IMG/VR virus record: IMGVR_UViG_3300009370_000007
Location: 43,023-107,022 of that record
DNA length: 64,000 nt
Source: a virus
Reading direction: 5' to 3' (one strand)
A program made the position numbers and the translations under genes. The notes beneath the pieces were generated by a model. That model saw only the letters and a program-made list of their open reading frames with translations, did not search any database and was not told where the DNA came from. Within the stretch, counting starts at the first letter, position 1, and each line of letters begins with the position of its first letter. Positions 29,101 through 39,500 of this stretch are shown in pieces.

Positions 29101-32100
29101 TTGCAGCTTTCCAGTAAAGTGACCGTTTCTTTGAAAGGCCAGATTATCTACTACAACTTCTGCACCAGAAGTCTTTCCCTTAAGAATTGCTGTGCTGGAA
29201 CTAAGATATTTTCCCGCCATCCCGCCAGTTTCATAAAATAAATCTTCTGCCATATTATCATGAGACGTTCCCGACGATGGGTCATGATTAACAGTAGGAA
29301 CAATATAGGCAACCGGGTAGCGTTGAACAATCTTGTCTTCAGGCTTTCCTGTTGCATTATTTGGATCTTCAACATAATGCTCATTATATCGAATAGCAAG
29401 CAACGTGGCTCGTCCTTTAAGATTTGCAGCACTTACACTTGGACTATAAATTTCAACTGTTTCATATTCTGTCGGCTTATCTGCATTCCAACCATTCTGC
29501 ACAGAAAATTTAGTTGTTGGTTCATTAATATAAATTTCATTGGCTCTTGATACATATCGAGAAACACTTAGATCGCCAAAAAAGGAATACACCTTAGAAT
29601 ATGGCTTAAGGCCTTTGGCTTCAATAATAATATCTCTATCTCTCATATAACTTTGATGCGCATACTTAGTTCCACCCGCGCCGCCAATTAGTTGAGAAGA
29701 ATCTACTGCCGACATCATAAGTCTATAGTCTGAATAAGATTGAACCGATCCGGCAGGCAGGGTTGCAGATTGAGGACCTGACTCTAAAGTTGCCCCCGGC
29801 GGGGCAATTCCGCCTTCGCTTCCTGTTTCATTTTTATAAAGCCACCCGCCGCGAGAGCGCCAAGGATCGTCATAATAATATGTCGGATGAGTAGAAATAT
29901 CAACCGAAAGTTCTAGTGTTGCCGAAGGATCATATATTCCTTTAATTTCACCAATTTCAACAGCATGAGCCGTTCCGGCTTGTGTTGGCAAATCAGCATA
30001 ACCCGCCGGAGTTTGAAAATTATCTTGGGCTCCAGTTAAATCAATTTGTAGGGGGTCAGGATTGTGTGTCATATCCATCCAACGATCATCTGATGGTGTT
30101 AACTTAATAGTTCCAGAAAAACTTCTTGCAGCAAATGGATTAACTGGCATTGGAGTGGTAGCAAGTGGCTGCTCAATCCAGGCAGTATTAGAATAGTTAA
30201 ACAATACTGTATTACAAGTACCATGTCTCCGAATTCCACTACTTGAAGATTCGTCAACCTTAAAATCTATTTTATTAAGAGTCTTTTGAAATGGTAACAA
30301 AACCTGCTTCACGGGATCAACACAGAATGTTCCGCGAGTATCCCTATTATATACATCAACTTCTGAAGTTCCTTCAAAATTAACTACTAAAATTCCATTC
30401 TTAAACCGATCCATTCCATCAGCGCCAGTTATCACCATATCGGATGTATTTTTTTCTAGTGCATTTAGGGCAACATAATATTCAACATTTTTTAATCTAT
30501 TATCTAATCGAGAAATATCTTCCATTGTATATCTTTGCCGACTAAGTAATTTGACATCAACGTCATCAAGAGACTTTGTAAATGGTTTAACATTAACATA
30601 GGCCAATGTCATAAAGCCCTCGGCATATTGACTAAGAGAATCGTTTGTCTCTTCAGATCGAGGTCGGGGCAATGGTCGAGGAGAAGGCCTTCCCTTTAAT
30701 CTTGTAAACTTCCCATGCCCAGTAACAATTAAGCTATCAATTCGTCCCAAATAGCGCAATACATATGCCGTAATTGGAAGCGGACTAGAGTTTTCATGAA
30801 AATCTCCAAGCTCTGCATCAAAGCTCCGATTCCAAGTAGATTCAAATGAAGTTAAAGCAATGCCAGCTTGATATTTTGTATTTGCAGCAAAATCATCTAT
30901 TTTTCTGACTGGTCTAAAATCAAGAACGTCTCTAAGGGAAACACGACTTCCATCAGTCCTATTGACAAATGTTGGAATATCACTATAAGAAATTTCAGCA
31001 TTTACATATGGTGTAGTACCACTTGTGACTTGAATAAATCTAGTAGAATCATTTGCTGCCTCAATTCGTTCTCCCTTATCAAAAATAGTATTTCCATTAA
31101 AGGCAGAAACTCCATATAATCTTAATGCATAATTTCCATCGCCAGTAGGGGTACTTCTTTGAGTATCATAAACATACCCAGTTACCCGAGAATTTGCACC
31201 CCGAACTTTTTCATTAACGTGCAAAGTTCCAGCCCAATGAGTATCTTCAGTTCGATTATGAAAAACATCGGTAACGTGCTTATATGAATCAATAGAAAAA
31301 TATGATGGGTTTAATGTATCCGAATCCCAATAATCAACAATGGCAAGAACTTCACCCAAATCTTTAAGATTTCCCTCGGCATCCTGCCTTAAAGTCAAGG
31401 TAGCATGGTCATAGATATGTCCCTTTTGTCCGTTATCAAAATCAAACCAATTTGTAATGTCTTTTGCAGTAGAATCTATTCGAGTTGGGTTCACAGGAAG
31501 ACTGGTTCCTTCCGACATCATTGCCCAAACAGTAACATTATAGGCATCAGCAATTCCAAGAGAAATTGTATCTGTATGATCGTTTGCAGCAAGAGAATAA
31601 TCAGCATAATTTCTTGGAACTCCCGAAGCCTCTACACTTCTAATTATAGTGTGCCCTGTTGATGGCGAAGAGGAAGGGAAATTTATATGTGCATCAATAT
31701 CACTATGTCCCCGATGAGAATGAAAATGGGTTGAATTTTGTAACTGAAGAGACTTTAATTTAGCAGAGGCATTTCTAATTTGAACAGGAGCAACTACTCG
31801 AATGTTTGCATCGGCGGCCGCCTGGGTTGTATCAGAAATTGCAATTACTACTCTGGGATACTGTGTAGCGGCGGATGCCGAGCTATCTCCCGTTTGAGGA
31901 GTAACCGTAAATGAACTGGCATTAATTGTCTTACCAGTATCTTTATTAAAGACCGTCCAAAAATATTGTTTGGACGCAATTCCGCCAGCATCACCACCTA
32001 ATGTGGTTGTGCCTATAGGCAAAAATTCTTCAGAATGTTTGGTTTGACTTCCAGCAGTCTGATCCCAATATTGATTATCACCATAATATCCTTCATGTGG

Positions 32101-34746
32101 AAGAAGAGAATACGATCCGCTAGAAAGAGCAAAATCAAAAGTTCGAGTCGTAACAAACGATACATTTCCATGAGGATGATCGGCAGTTCGCCAAGAGGTA
32201 TGGAATGTTTGGGCGCTACGAATTCCTTCTTCTCGCATTGTAACAAAAGCCCGAGTTTCAGAAGAATTAAAGATAGCCTCTCCGGGCTCTCTCTTGGTTC
32301 TTTCAGAATCGTAAGCTACAGTATCTCCGGTGAGCCCAGAAACAATATCAATATTCCATAAGGTTTTTGGATTTATTGACGAGGCTCCAAATTTAATTGT
32401 ATTTGCAAAATGATTCGTATATCCTTCATTAACATCAGAAACAACTGATCGAGCCTGCTTAATTCCCAAACTAATTACATATTCATGATCGACATCTGGG
32501 TCAGCACTAAGTTCTCTATCCAAGACCAACAATCTTGGACGACCAATTATCCCATTACCCTCAAAATGATTTTTTGCATCGGCTCCGTTATTAATTTGCG
32601 TATTTGCTGCAATAGCATTATTTCCACAATACCCAATAACTGTCCTCACTTCACTAGTATAGTCCGGGTTTCTTATTGTCTTTTCATCATCAGTAAATTC
32701 GGAACCTTTAGTGACCTTTATTGCTGACCCAACATAACTGTCGTTCCATTCCGAACAGGTGTTTGCATCCAACATAATCGTTCGACGCGAAGAATATCCT
32801 CCTGTTGATCTCCTGAGCCACAGGTCTGGTGGGCTGGGGTTAGTTGAGCCGGCCGACCAATCTCCCTCAACAGTAATTGTAGTAGAAGTAGAAACTAAGA
32901 CTGGAATATTTCTTAATTGATATTCTCCATCTGCATTACCATTTACTGTAATTGTATCTCCCGTGGACGTATCATCCTTAAGAAGAGGAGTTGTATACTC
33001 TCCAATTGGATCTGGATTTGAATTTGCAAACCCATGCCAGTATCGAGCGTCGGCATGACTAGCATGGCGACCAGAAACGTCTATTGTAAATGTTGTGTTT
33101 GCGGGGTTTCCTAGTGCTGTATCGGCAGCAGTAACAGAAACTCCTGTAACTTTCAATATATTTGGTTGACTAACTTTTCCTGAAACCTTACTTGGTCGTA
33201 CATCAGTCAAGTAAAGCCGATAAACATTTCCCTGTTCTCGGCCTCTATACCGTCTCCCCCTCTTCGTTGCTGCCTCATCGTATGCAAACCCCTGAACTCT
33301 GGCTGTTGCTGCCAATGTTGAATTCCAAGCATTTGCATTTTTGGTTGAATGCTTTACAACTAAATCATGTTTTTGAGAATGTAAATAAAGAAGTTCGTCG
33401 GCTGCCAATCCGCCTTGAGAAACATTAAATAAACCATTAGCATTTTCGGCAAGATGGTCAGAATTAACTGCAACACCATCATCCCCAGTACCAAAGGGAT
33501 TGGTATTTCCGGCGTCATACACCAAAACAAAATTTCCAGGTTCATACAATGAAGTTTCAGTCAACGCAGGTGCCAGATTAAAGTCTCTTGCTTTTGGAAA
33601 TTTTACTTTTTTGGTTCGTTGAGTTCTAATTTCATGTCCCTTTACATATGCTGTGCCGGGGGCAAGTTCAACTATGAAATTAGGATCATCTTTATTAATA
33701 AGTTCCCGTTTGGATGGCTGAAATGGTTTAACTGTATAGTTTCCACTTTCATCATACGTTCGTCTTGCAAAGATGGCTTCTATGGCACTATATTGAGGAT
33801 ACTCAACGTGCCAAACTAAATGTCCTTCTTCAATTTCTGCAATTGGAAACCACTCATGCTGTGGAGTATTATCTAAAAGCTGTCCATCACCAACCTTGGT
33901 AAGTTTTAGGTTAATTCGTTTGCGGTCAGCGCCGGGGGCTGTAAAATTAGAAAATCCAGAAGCAGGATCATATAATGATGCGTCGTCTTTTGAAGTAATT
34001 ATTTCTTCAGTAACCTTAAACCCTACTCTATAAGTTGGATTATTATGATATTTACTTAAAACAATACTCTGCTTATCTGATTGAACAAATTGTCCCTTAT
34101 AATAATAAACTCCCTCATCGACATCATATACGGCACAATTCCCAGAATGAATTCTGTGATTTTTAGATGTTACGGGTATTGATTTTCCATTGAGGTCTTT
34201 ACCACCCGGCTCTCCCCAAGGAAGAGTTGTTGCCTGAGCAGATACTAGTGATTGATCTTCCCCAGTTGGATCAAACACATAAATTCTAGTTGAATGTCCG
34301 AATCCCTTTGTACTATCCCAATCTGTAGGTTCTATGTCATAAGTAATAAACAAGGTATCTGGCTCTGCAATGGTATCATTGACTCCAGTTCCTACTCGGG
34401 GAGCAACATTACGAATAGTTGCAACAATTGTGCCTTCCCTATTTCTGATCTTTTTACCAACCCACCCAGAAACATCTATATCAACTCCATCCGGCCCATA
34501 TCTATCCAATGCAAGATATTGAATTTGATCTTCTTGATGACGATACATTGGCTCGCCCTTGAACACTCGGGAGCCATCCTTGAAAATATGTTGCCCTTGC
34601 CGTTCAATTTGATTCTGTAAAATACTCTGAAGTTGAGTTAATTCTCTTGCCTGTACGGCACGGCCTGGGCGAAATAAAATCTTTAAAAATTTCTTGGCTT
34701 CATCATAATCATCATAGTATGGAAATTTGTTGTAGTCGATTGCCAT
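26119..34746 (-). CDS. DUF4815-type large baseplate/virion structural protein, 2875 aa
   Basis: PYYDDYD...ILFRPGRAVQARELTQLQSILQNQIE; ARRTYDESGNYTV; RYTMEDISRLDNRLKNVEYY; DPLAQSF; C-terminal FAIKLVM...PVIRDLRAIA. Confidence 0.88.
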   Translation of the reverse strand: MAIDYNKFPYYDDYDEAKKFLKILFRPGRAVQARELTQLQSILQNQIERQGQHIFKDGSRVFKGEPMYRHQEDQIQYLALDRYGPDGVDIDVSGWVGKKIRNREGTIVATIRNVAPRVGTGVNDTIAEPDTLFITYDIEPTDWDSTKGFGHSTRIYVFDPTGEDQSLVSAQATTLPWGEPGGKDLNGKSIPVTSKNHRIHSGNCAVYDVDEGVYYYKGQFVQSDKQSIVLSKYHNNPTYRVGFKVTEEIITSKDDASLYDPASGFSNFTAPGADRKRINLKLTKVGDGQLLDNTPQHEWFPIAEIEEGHLVWHVEYPQYSAIEAIFARRTYDESGNYTVKPFQPSKRELINKDDPNFIVELAPGTAYVKGHEIRTQRTKKVKFPKARDFNLAPALTETSLYEPGNFVLVYDAGNTNPFGTGDDGVAVNSDHLAENANGLFNVSQGGLAADELLYLHSQKHDLVVKHSTKNANAWNSTLAATARVQGFAYDEAATKRGRRYRGREQGNVYRLYLTDVRPSKVSGKVSQPNILKVTGVSVTAADTALGNPANTTFTIDVSGRHASHADARYWHGFANSNPDPIGEYTTPLLKDDTSTGDTITVNGNADGEYQLRNIPVLVSTSTTITVEGDWSAGSTNPSPPDLWLRRSTGGYSSRRTIMLDANTCSEWNDSYVGSAIKVTKGSEFTDDEKTIRNPDYTSEVRTVIGYCGNNAIAANTQINNGADAKNHFEGNGIIGRPRLLVLDRELSADPDVDHEYVISLGIKQARSVVSDVNEGYTNHFANTIKFGASSINPKTLWNIDIVSGLTGDTVAYDSERTKREPGEAIFNSSETRAFVTMREEGIRSAQTFHTSWRTADHPHGNVSFVTTRTFDFALSSGSYSLLPHEGYYGDNQYWDQTAGSQTKHSEEFLPIGTTTLGGDAGGIASKQYFWTVFNKDTGKTINASSFTVTPQTGDSSASAATQYPRVVIAISDTTQAAADANIRVVAPVQIRNASAKLKSLQLQNSTHFHSHRGHSDIDAHINFPSSSPSTGHTIIRSVEASGVPRNYADYSLAANDHTDTISLGIADAYNVTVWAMMSEGTSLPVNPTRIDSTAKDITNWFDFDNGQKGHIYDHATLTLRQDAEGNLKDLGEVLAIVDYWDSDTLNPSYFSIDSYKHVTDVFHNRTEDTHWAGTLHVNEKVRGANSRVTGYVYDTQRSTPTGDGNYALRLYGVSAFNGNTIFDKGERIEAANDSTRFIQVTSGTTPYVNAEISYSDIPTFVNRTDGSRVSLRDVLDFRPVRKIDDFAANTKYQAGIALTSFESTWNRSFDAELGDFHENSSPLPITAYVLRYLGRIDSLIVTGHGKFTRLKGRPSPRPLPRPRSEETNDSLSQYAEGFMTLAYVNVKPFTKSLDDVDVKLLSRQRYTMEDISRLDNRLKNVEYYVALNALEKNTSDMVITGADGMDRFKNGILVVNFEGTSEVDVYNRDTRGTFCVDPVKQVLLPFQKTLNKIDFKVDESSSSGIRRHGTCNTVLFNYSNTAWIEQPLATTPMPVNPFAARSFSGTIKLTPSDDRWMDMTHNPDPLQIDLTGAQDNFQTPAGYADLPTQAGTAHAVEIGEIKGIYDPSATLELSVDISTHPTYYYDDPWRSRGGWLYKNETGSEGGIAPPGATLESGPQSATLPAGSVQSYSDYRLMMSAVDSSQLIGGAGGTKYAHQSYMRDRDIIIEAKGLKPYSKVYSFFGDLSVSRYVSRANEIYINEPTTKFSVQNGWNADKPTEYETVEIYSPSVSAANLKGRATLLAIRYNEHYVEDPNNATGKPEDKIVQRYPVAYIVPTVNHDPSSGTSHDNMAEDLFYETGGMAGKYLSSSTAILKGKTSGAEVVVDNLAFQRNGHFTGKLQDANTDNRRFGSHATLKNDLGTDRGGWIKLAPDAEIYTSNSFGYYPLTGAGALDTNEMIAGQTQVNIVRGVPQKDSNGRVVKAPGEGTSFMIDRYIDSGAKKGYAYSREIVESDAPTTGSTYTIINKAAAPVANNLYSDYRGLPVGCGNVPYTNRHGEFFGMFHLPFNPEKIMFPYGARTFSISNRGDNNPIYTTSFAHGEYSAEGWTETTRDAVVSTTKYFTKLEKANFHEIANNPLEADGIYPLRTTSDGGEGVFAIVSDVTIPGGSTSCGGTHPWETGSGEFRGDNVWGKIVHKDSQEAKDYNYFGLGTETGTFNFPGVKFTGGDVDGVEGYCITSGGCITDIVITQHGIGSVNQKTGDLIPPTISLTAGDLYHSKALNWITHGKLNAQANVTTDPDLIETVFKGHIQATQDAAMSTVVGAMEGQWQDPLAQSFTIPSTGMAQGGVWLSGIDLFFADKPNTQVSVVGSTKGGGDADLPVRVDIRPMVNNFPDNVILSVGGGSHAWAELTADEVVITDADPYIESPDGTRNQVPDMTKASTWTSFKFDAPAYLMPGKTYCFVVSSASDKYKLWTADSRENLVGTGIDTGAVPIGGHENSILATTSDQVGGTMFKSDIQGAPHSPWKQDPYSDIMFRLRRCKFSNSDATLTLRAGEQMATGNSTIHTFAVRLTDMEPTQTDISYQYRGQDEDGNYGAYDDLVPNSTYETLTEALKLRNDDDFPANEFGTFEVKARLTSEGTDFTSPMIDPTQVKLSYTEHKINNGELKYSQIEKISDGRDNSSTVDDTYEAVGGGGTGGLITVLTDNSGDNGVATYELTNAGSGYHSNPLWVNKTGSPTVNAEFTYMGETSPSGGNADFRYITRRVNLRKGFDARDLKVYVTAHKPIGTNIHVYYKVLAAEDPDTFDQKSWVRLQPQSSGRFDLKPSSPESVDMLPVSEYEYGTPGERIAYEGKYEDSYDTFQTFAIKLVMHSDDSTGNKTPVIRDLRAIALT

Positions 34747-34767
34747 TCGTATTTCTGCCTTTATTAA

Positions 34768-36474
34768 TTAAAATTCAAAAACTAGTTTAAATGTTTCATA
34801 TTGATTATCATACCTATTAACTGCCGTAATATTTTCCAAATAAATGACTTCACCTGAATATTTAGTCAATTGTTCTGGATAAACTGCTATAGTATTTTGA
34901 GAAACTTTGCCTCTAATATTTATATTAACTGCATTTGAACTAAGAATTTGAGCAAGATCCCCGCCGGAATTTTTGATATATTGCCCATTTGCAAATGTTC
35001 CTTCTGTTCCAACAAGAGACAATGTAGAATTTTTAGATTCCTGCTGACCCACTCTCCATACAATTCCTGTTGCCGAATTATTCGCATTAATAATCGTTGT
35101 GTCCGCAGGATACTTAGTATTGAGAGTTGAATAACTGTCCACCAATCCATTAAAAAATAAATGAGTTCTTAAATCATACAACGATCCAATTGCATTTTTT
35201 CCAGTTCTTGGATCAATTGGATTTCTGAGCAAACCCATCTGCTGAAACTCCATTCCGTAATCTGGAGAAATTTTATCATCAGAAGAACCACCCAATGGAG
35301 TTGATCCACTAACAATTACATATTTGGCATTAAGCTCTTCAAAAGAATCATATCCATGTCCACTCGGAGGAGGAATATACACATTTGCAAAAGCACCACC
35401 CCCATTTGCAGAATATGAATCATTTGTAAGAGCATCCCATCTATGGGCAATGTTTGCTGTCAGTTGGGTATTTGAATATCCACTTCCAATATTTCCAACC
35501 GAAATAGAAATCACATTTCCTTTTGGATTAACATTGGCAATTGCACTAAATCGTTTTCCGCCTCTGTCGTTTTGTAAAATAACTTCAGGACCAATTGCGA
35601 TTTTATCTCCGGCGGCAACAGTTGGTTTTGCAGCAGTTAATATTTGAACTTCTGCTGCCGAACTCTTATAATCAATAATTTTTGAAATTTGACCCGTTGC
35701 CAACCCAGAAGTAAACATTACTGCACAATTATTAAAATAATCATCTGGAATGGAAGCCTTTACTGGATCATCATCTTTCCAACCAATAGTAAGAATACTT
35801 CCATTGGTAGTTTTTGAAACCACATTTGCATTCTCTAAGGACACACCAGTCGTTCCATTTGCCCAGGCGGCACCACGGTAATTATTTCCCATTCCGAGCA
35901 AACTATTTGCATTATATAAAGGAATATTTAGAATTGATCCAGCAACAGCAGCGGCGGCAACTGTCTGATTTGTCTTAACTGGAATCACATTTGCAGTTGC
36001 AAAACTGTACCAATCATTTTCAGAAATTGTATACATATATTTCCATGTATATCCATCATATTCTTTATATGGAGCCAAATCTCTTTGAGTTGGTTTTACT
36101 GTAGATTTCGAGTCTCCATTATTATCTAGACACTTATAGACATCTCGATTGTTTGATCCTGCAAGAACATAATATCCATTTGCAGTTCCTAATGTAGAAG
36201 TATTTGATTTATACTGCTCATATAGTGTCTGTGTTGTCCAATTAATTCTTTTGATTCCTTGGGCAACCTTGTCTGACGTAACTCGAAATGCCCCGGCCAT
36301 ATGATTCCAAACTGATCTTGCTTCGTCTACTGTGTCGCTAGCTGAATCTGGAGTTTCCGGGGTTGTCCAGGCCGTCGGCTTTCCAATAAAAAAATAAATG
36401 GAATCTGTCTCAAATGACTTTGAAAAAGCATTCGCAGCAAAAACTCCAAATTTTTTGGGAACGAGTGTGGGCAT
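34768..36474 (-). CDS. gp8: Baseplate wedge subunit gp8
   Basis: YFFIGKPTAW, RINW, VYKCLDNNG..STVKP, DGYTWKYMYTI, YSGEVIYLEN motifs. Confidence 0.9.
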   Translation of the reverse strand: MPTLVPKKFGVFAANAFSKSFETDSIYFFIGKPTAWTTPETPDSASDTVDEARSVWNHMAGAFRVTSDKVAQGIKRINWTTQTLYEQYKSNTSTLGTANGYYVLAGSNNRDVYKCLDNNGDSKSTVKPTQRDLAPYKEYDGYTWKYMYTISENDWYSFATANVIPVKTNQTVAAAAVAGSILNIPLYNANSLLGMGNNYRGAAWANGTTGVSLENANVVSKTTNGSILTIGWKDDDPVKASIPDDYFNNCAVMFTSGLATGQISKIIDYKSSAAEVQILTAAKPTVAAGDKIAIGPEVILQNDRGGKRFSAIANVNPKGNVISISVGNIGSGYSNTQLTANIAHRWDALTNDSYSANGGGAFANVYIPPPSGHGYDSFEELNAKYVIVSGSTPLGGSSDDKISPDYGMEFQQMGLLRNPIDPRTGKNAIGSLYDLRTHLFFNGLVDSYSTLNTKYPADTTIINANNSATGIVWRVGQQESKNSTLSLVGTEGTFANGQYIKNSGGDLAQILSSNAVNINIRGKVSQNTIAVYPEQLTKYSGEVIYLENITAVNRYDNQYETFKLVFEF

Positions 36475-36492
36475 TATATCTCCTAATTACTC

Positions 36493-36503
36493 TACTATTT
36501 AGT
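36493..36503 (-). promoter_or_regulatory. Late promoter variant ACTAAATAGTA upstream of gp8
   Basis: Plus strand tactatttagt, overlapping the gp7 stop codon. Confidence 0.6.
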
Positions 36504-39500
36504 CGCCAATTTCTGGAGGCAATGCGGTTTTGTATGGATGAGTTCCAGTATTATCTCTTTGATTTAATTTATCAGTTAATCCATATTTGTGGGCAAGGTA
36601 TCCTTCTATCTTGGCAATTTGATTATTGGCCAACTTCTTATTGAATACAAGAATTTCTGCAATTTGTCCATCATACGGATTATATGCATCTCCATAAAAA
36701 CTTGTATAGTCCATTCGTCTGGCTCCACCAACGGATGTTACGAGACTGTCAGATTCTGCTTCATTAAGCCCGTCCTTTGTTAAGTTATACCAAGTATTAT
36801 CAGACTCACTAACACCCCAAGCGCTACCAAAGTCAAGTCTACTATTAGTATTACTAACCAAAAGACCATTAATATGAAAATTAATTGCCTCGGTTGGAAC
36901 AGTAGTTGATGCTCCATTGTGAGCATATTCAGAATATCCAAATATATTCCATTCATTAGTATTGGCAATTTGATTGCCTTCAAATGCCACATTTGCTTTT
37001 GGTTCAATATTAATAAAACCACCAGATGCCGTAGACTTTGCTTGAGTGACAAGTGATCCATTTCTAGTAAAGGCAGTCAATCCTATAGAAAGGTCTATTC
37101 CACCCGACCCTCCAGCCGTAGGATTTCCCACCTTGCCAGCACCAGAAGAAATGAGTTGTAAATTACTGGTATAATTTAGAGAATTTGCATGAAGGCTTCC
37201 CTTACAAACCACAAAAACCGACCATGAATTTGCAACAGGTCTGGCAAGAGCATTACTATTACCGAGATGAGTATTTGCCATAAGAATACTCGAAACACTA
37301 TCTCGTCGTTGGGGGCTCCATCGGTATGTGTTTGCCTGCAATCCTCTTCGACCACCACCAACGTCTGCACCAGACATTCCATGATGGGTATCTACAGACC
37401 AACTTTGTGCATTTACAGTAGGGCCCTGAAAATGAATTGCTGGATGACCATTAACTGCATTGGCAAGATATAATGGAGGGCGAACAAAATAAAGATCATC
37501 GTCTCCAGCCATGTAGGCAGAACTCGGATTGTTTCCATCCGTACCATGAGTATTTGAATATAAATGATGCTCATTGATCGAACTATCATTCCATGACATA
37601 ACATTTGCACCATTCATTCCGGGCAAAGCATAGCTAGTAGGTCGGTATCGAACATCAGAAGAATCGTGTGTTGCATTTCCATACAGACCATGAACGCTAG
37701 AATCATAATGCTCCAACTGAATGCCGTCAACATAATGAGTAATGTCAACTCCAGTTTCAATAGATCCATTAAAATCTAATCGAATGGCTAGTTTGGTGTC
37801 ATCAATTCCACTTAAATCTATAATTCCTTGAACACGTTCCCATGTATTATTTGCCTGCATCTTAGTAATAGGAAATTGGAATACTGCACTCGGATAACCC
37901 CTTCCTCCATAATTATTTCCTGTTGCAACATAGAGTTCTCCAGTATTCCCCGGAAGATGATTGCTTCCGGTGGCTTGAACATAATCATTGTTGTCGGTCT
38001 TCCAATAGGCACTAAATAACCATTTTGTATTTGCAGTAATGGCTGTCTGAAAATAAGATTGATTGGCTGCGATTAAATTTGTTCCAGAATTTATATATGG
38101 ATTTCCGGTTATATAGGCATATCCATAAGCAGGGGAACCTGAGCTGCCCCCGGTCACCACAGCCTTAAGGGAAGTATTTCCAAATAAGAAAGAATCGTTA
38201 TCCAAACTAATTGTGGCATTCTGGCTAAACAATGTTGGTAATGAATTTACTTCCCAATTTGAATATCCAACTTTAAATAAATTCTTTGTGTCATTTATTC
38301 CGGGGACATTTACTCCAAAGTCTAGATTATCTGCCGTTATTGCATCTGCCTTCCACCATGATGCAAGGGAGTCTAGTTGGTCGGGAGAAAAGGAATCTTC
38401 CATATTTGTAGAAATTCTAGAAAATAACTCTAATATAATAATATTCTGGGCGCGGCCACCTATCTCATCCTGTCCGCTACGATCAGCCGCATAAACAATA
38501 CGATTTCCTTGCGAAAGAGAATTATGCCAATCAAGACCATAAATAGCAGAATCCCCTTCTTGACCATGACGATTTCCATCACTAAATAAAGTTTGATTCA
38601 ACCCATCCGAATCCATTATAAAAAGTTTATTCCCTGCTGTCGGATAAGATTCTCTTTCTGAAACAAATGCAATATAGTTGCCGTCTGGTGACCACACAGG
38701 AGAATGATTATCTCCATAATTTCCAGAAGATATTGGACCTTCTTTATTAGTAAGCCGTTTTAAATCAGTTCCATTCTTATCTATTGTATAAATTTCGTGT
38801 CCGGTTCCTCCTGCGTCTGAATTAAACACAATCCTTTCTCCATCTGGCGAGTATCGTGGATTCTGAATTGTGCCGCCGTCGCTATAAATTAGATTTTCTA
38901 CAATGGTGCTAGGTCCTGAGGAAACCGTATAAATTTCATAATTGCCAGATCGAGTAGAAACAAATACTATCCCTGTCTGGCCCATGGGTCCGAAACCAGT
39001 AAGGCCGGTCGTCTCCCAACTGGACATCCAATCCACACCAGAATCATCCGTAAGTTCAGTTACAGATGTACCATCTGGATTTACTTTATATACATTATAA
39101 TTACTTCCATCATGTCTCGTAAAAGTAAGTTGGTCACCAGTCGGTTTCCACCCCGGAAATGAATCATTTCCTGTAGTGATTTGAGTAATACCACTACCAT
39201 CTGCATTCATAATATGAATTCCATCTGGGTCGTTGCTCCCACCATAATAAAATGCAATTTGAGTTCCATCGGGGGACCATGCAGGACCTCTTTCCATACC
39301 TGTATAACTGGTAGTAGGAGTATTAGTGATGTTAATCCTATCACCGGGGCGAACATCATTCAACAAATAAGAAGTATTAAGAAAAGAATTCTGAAGTTTA
39401 TTCCCAAACATCTCCGTTCCAACAGGATGGACTGACTCCTTTACAAATCCTTGATACTCTGCAAGTTCTTTTTCACTCTTAATTTCATAGGCATAGTCAT

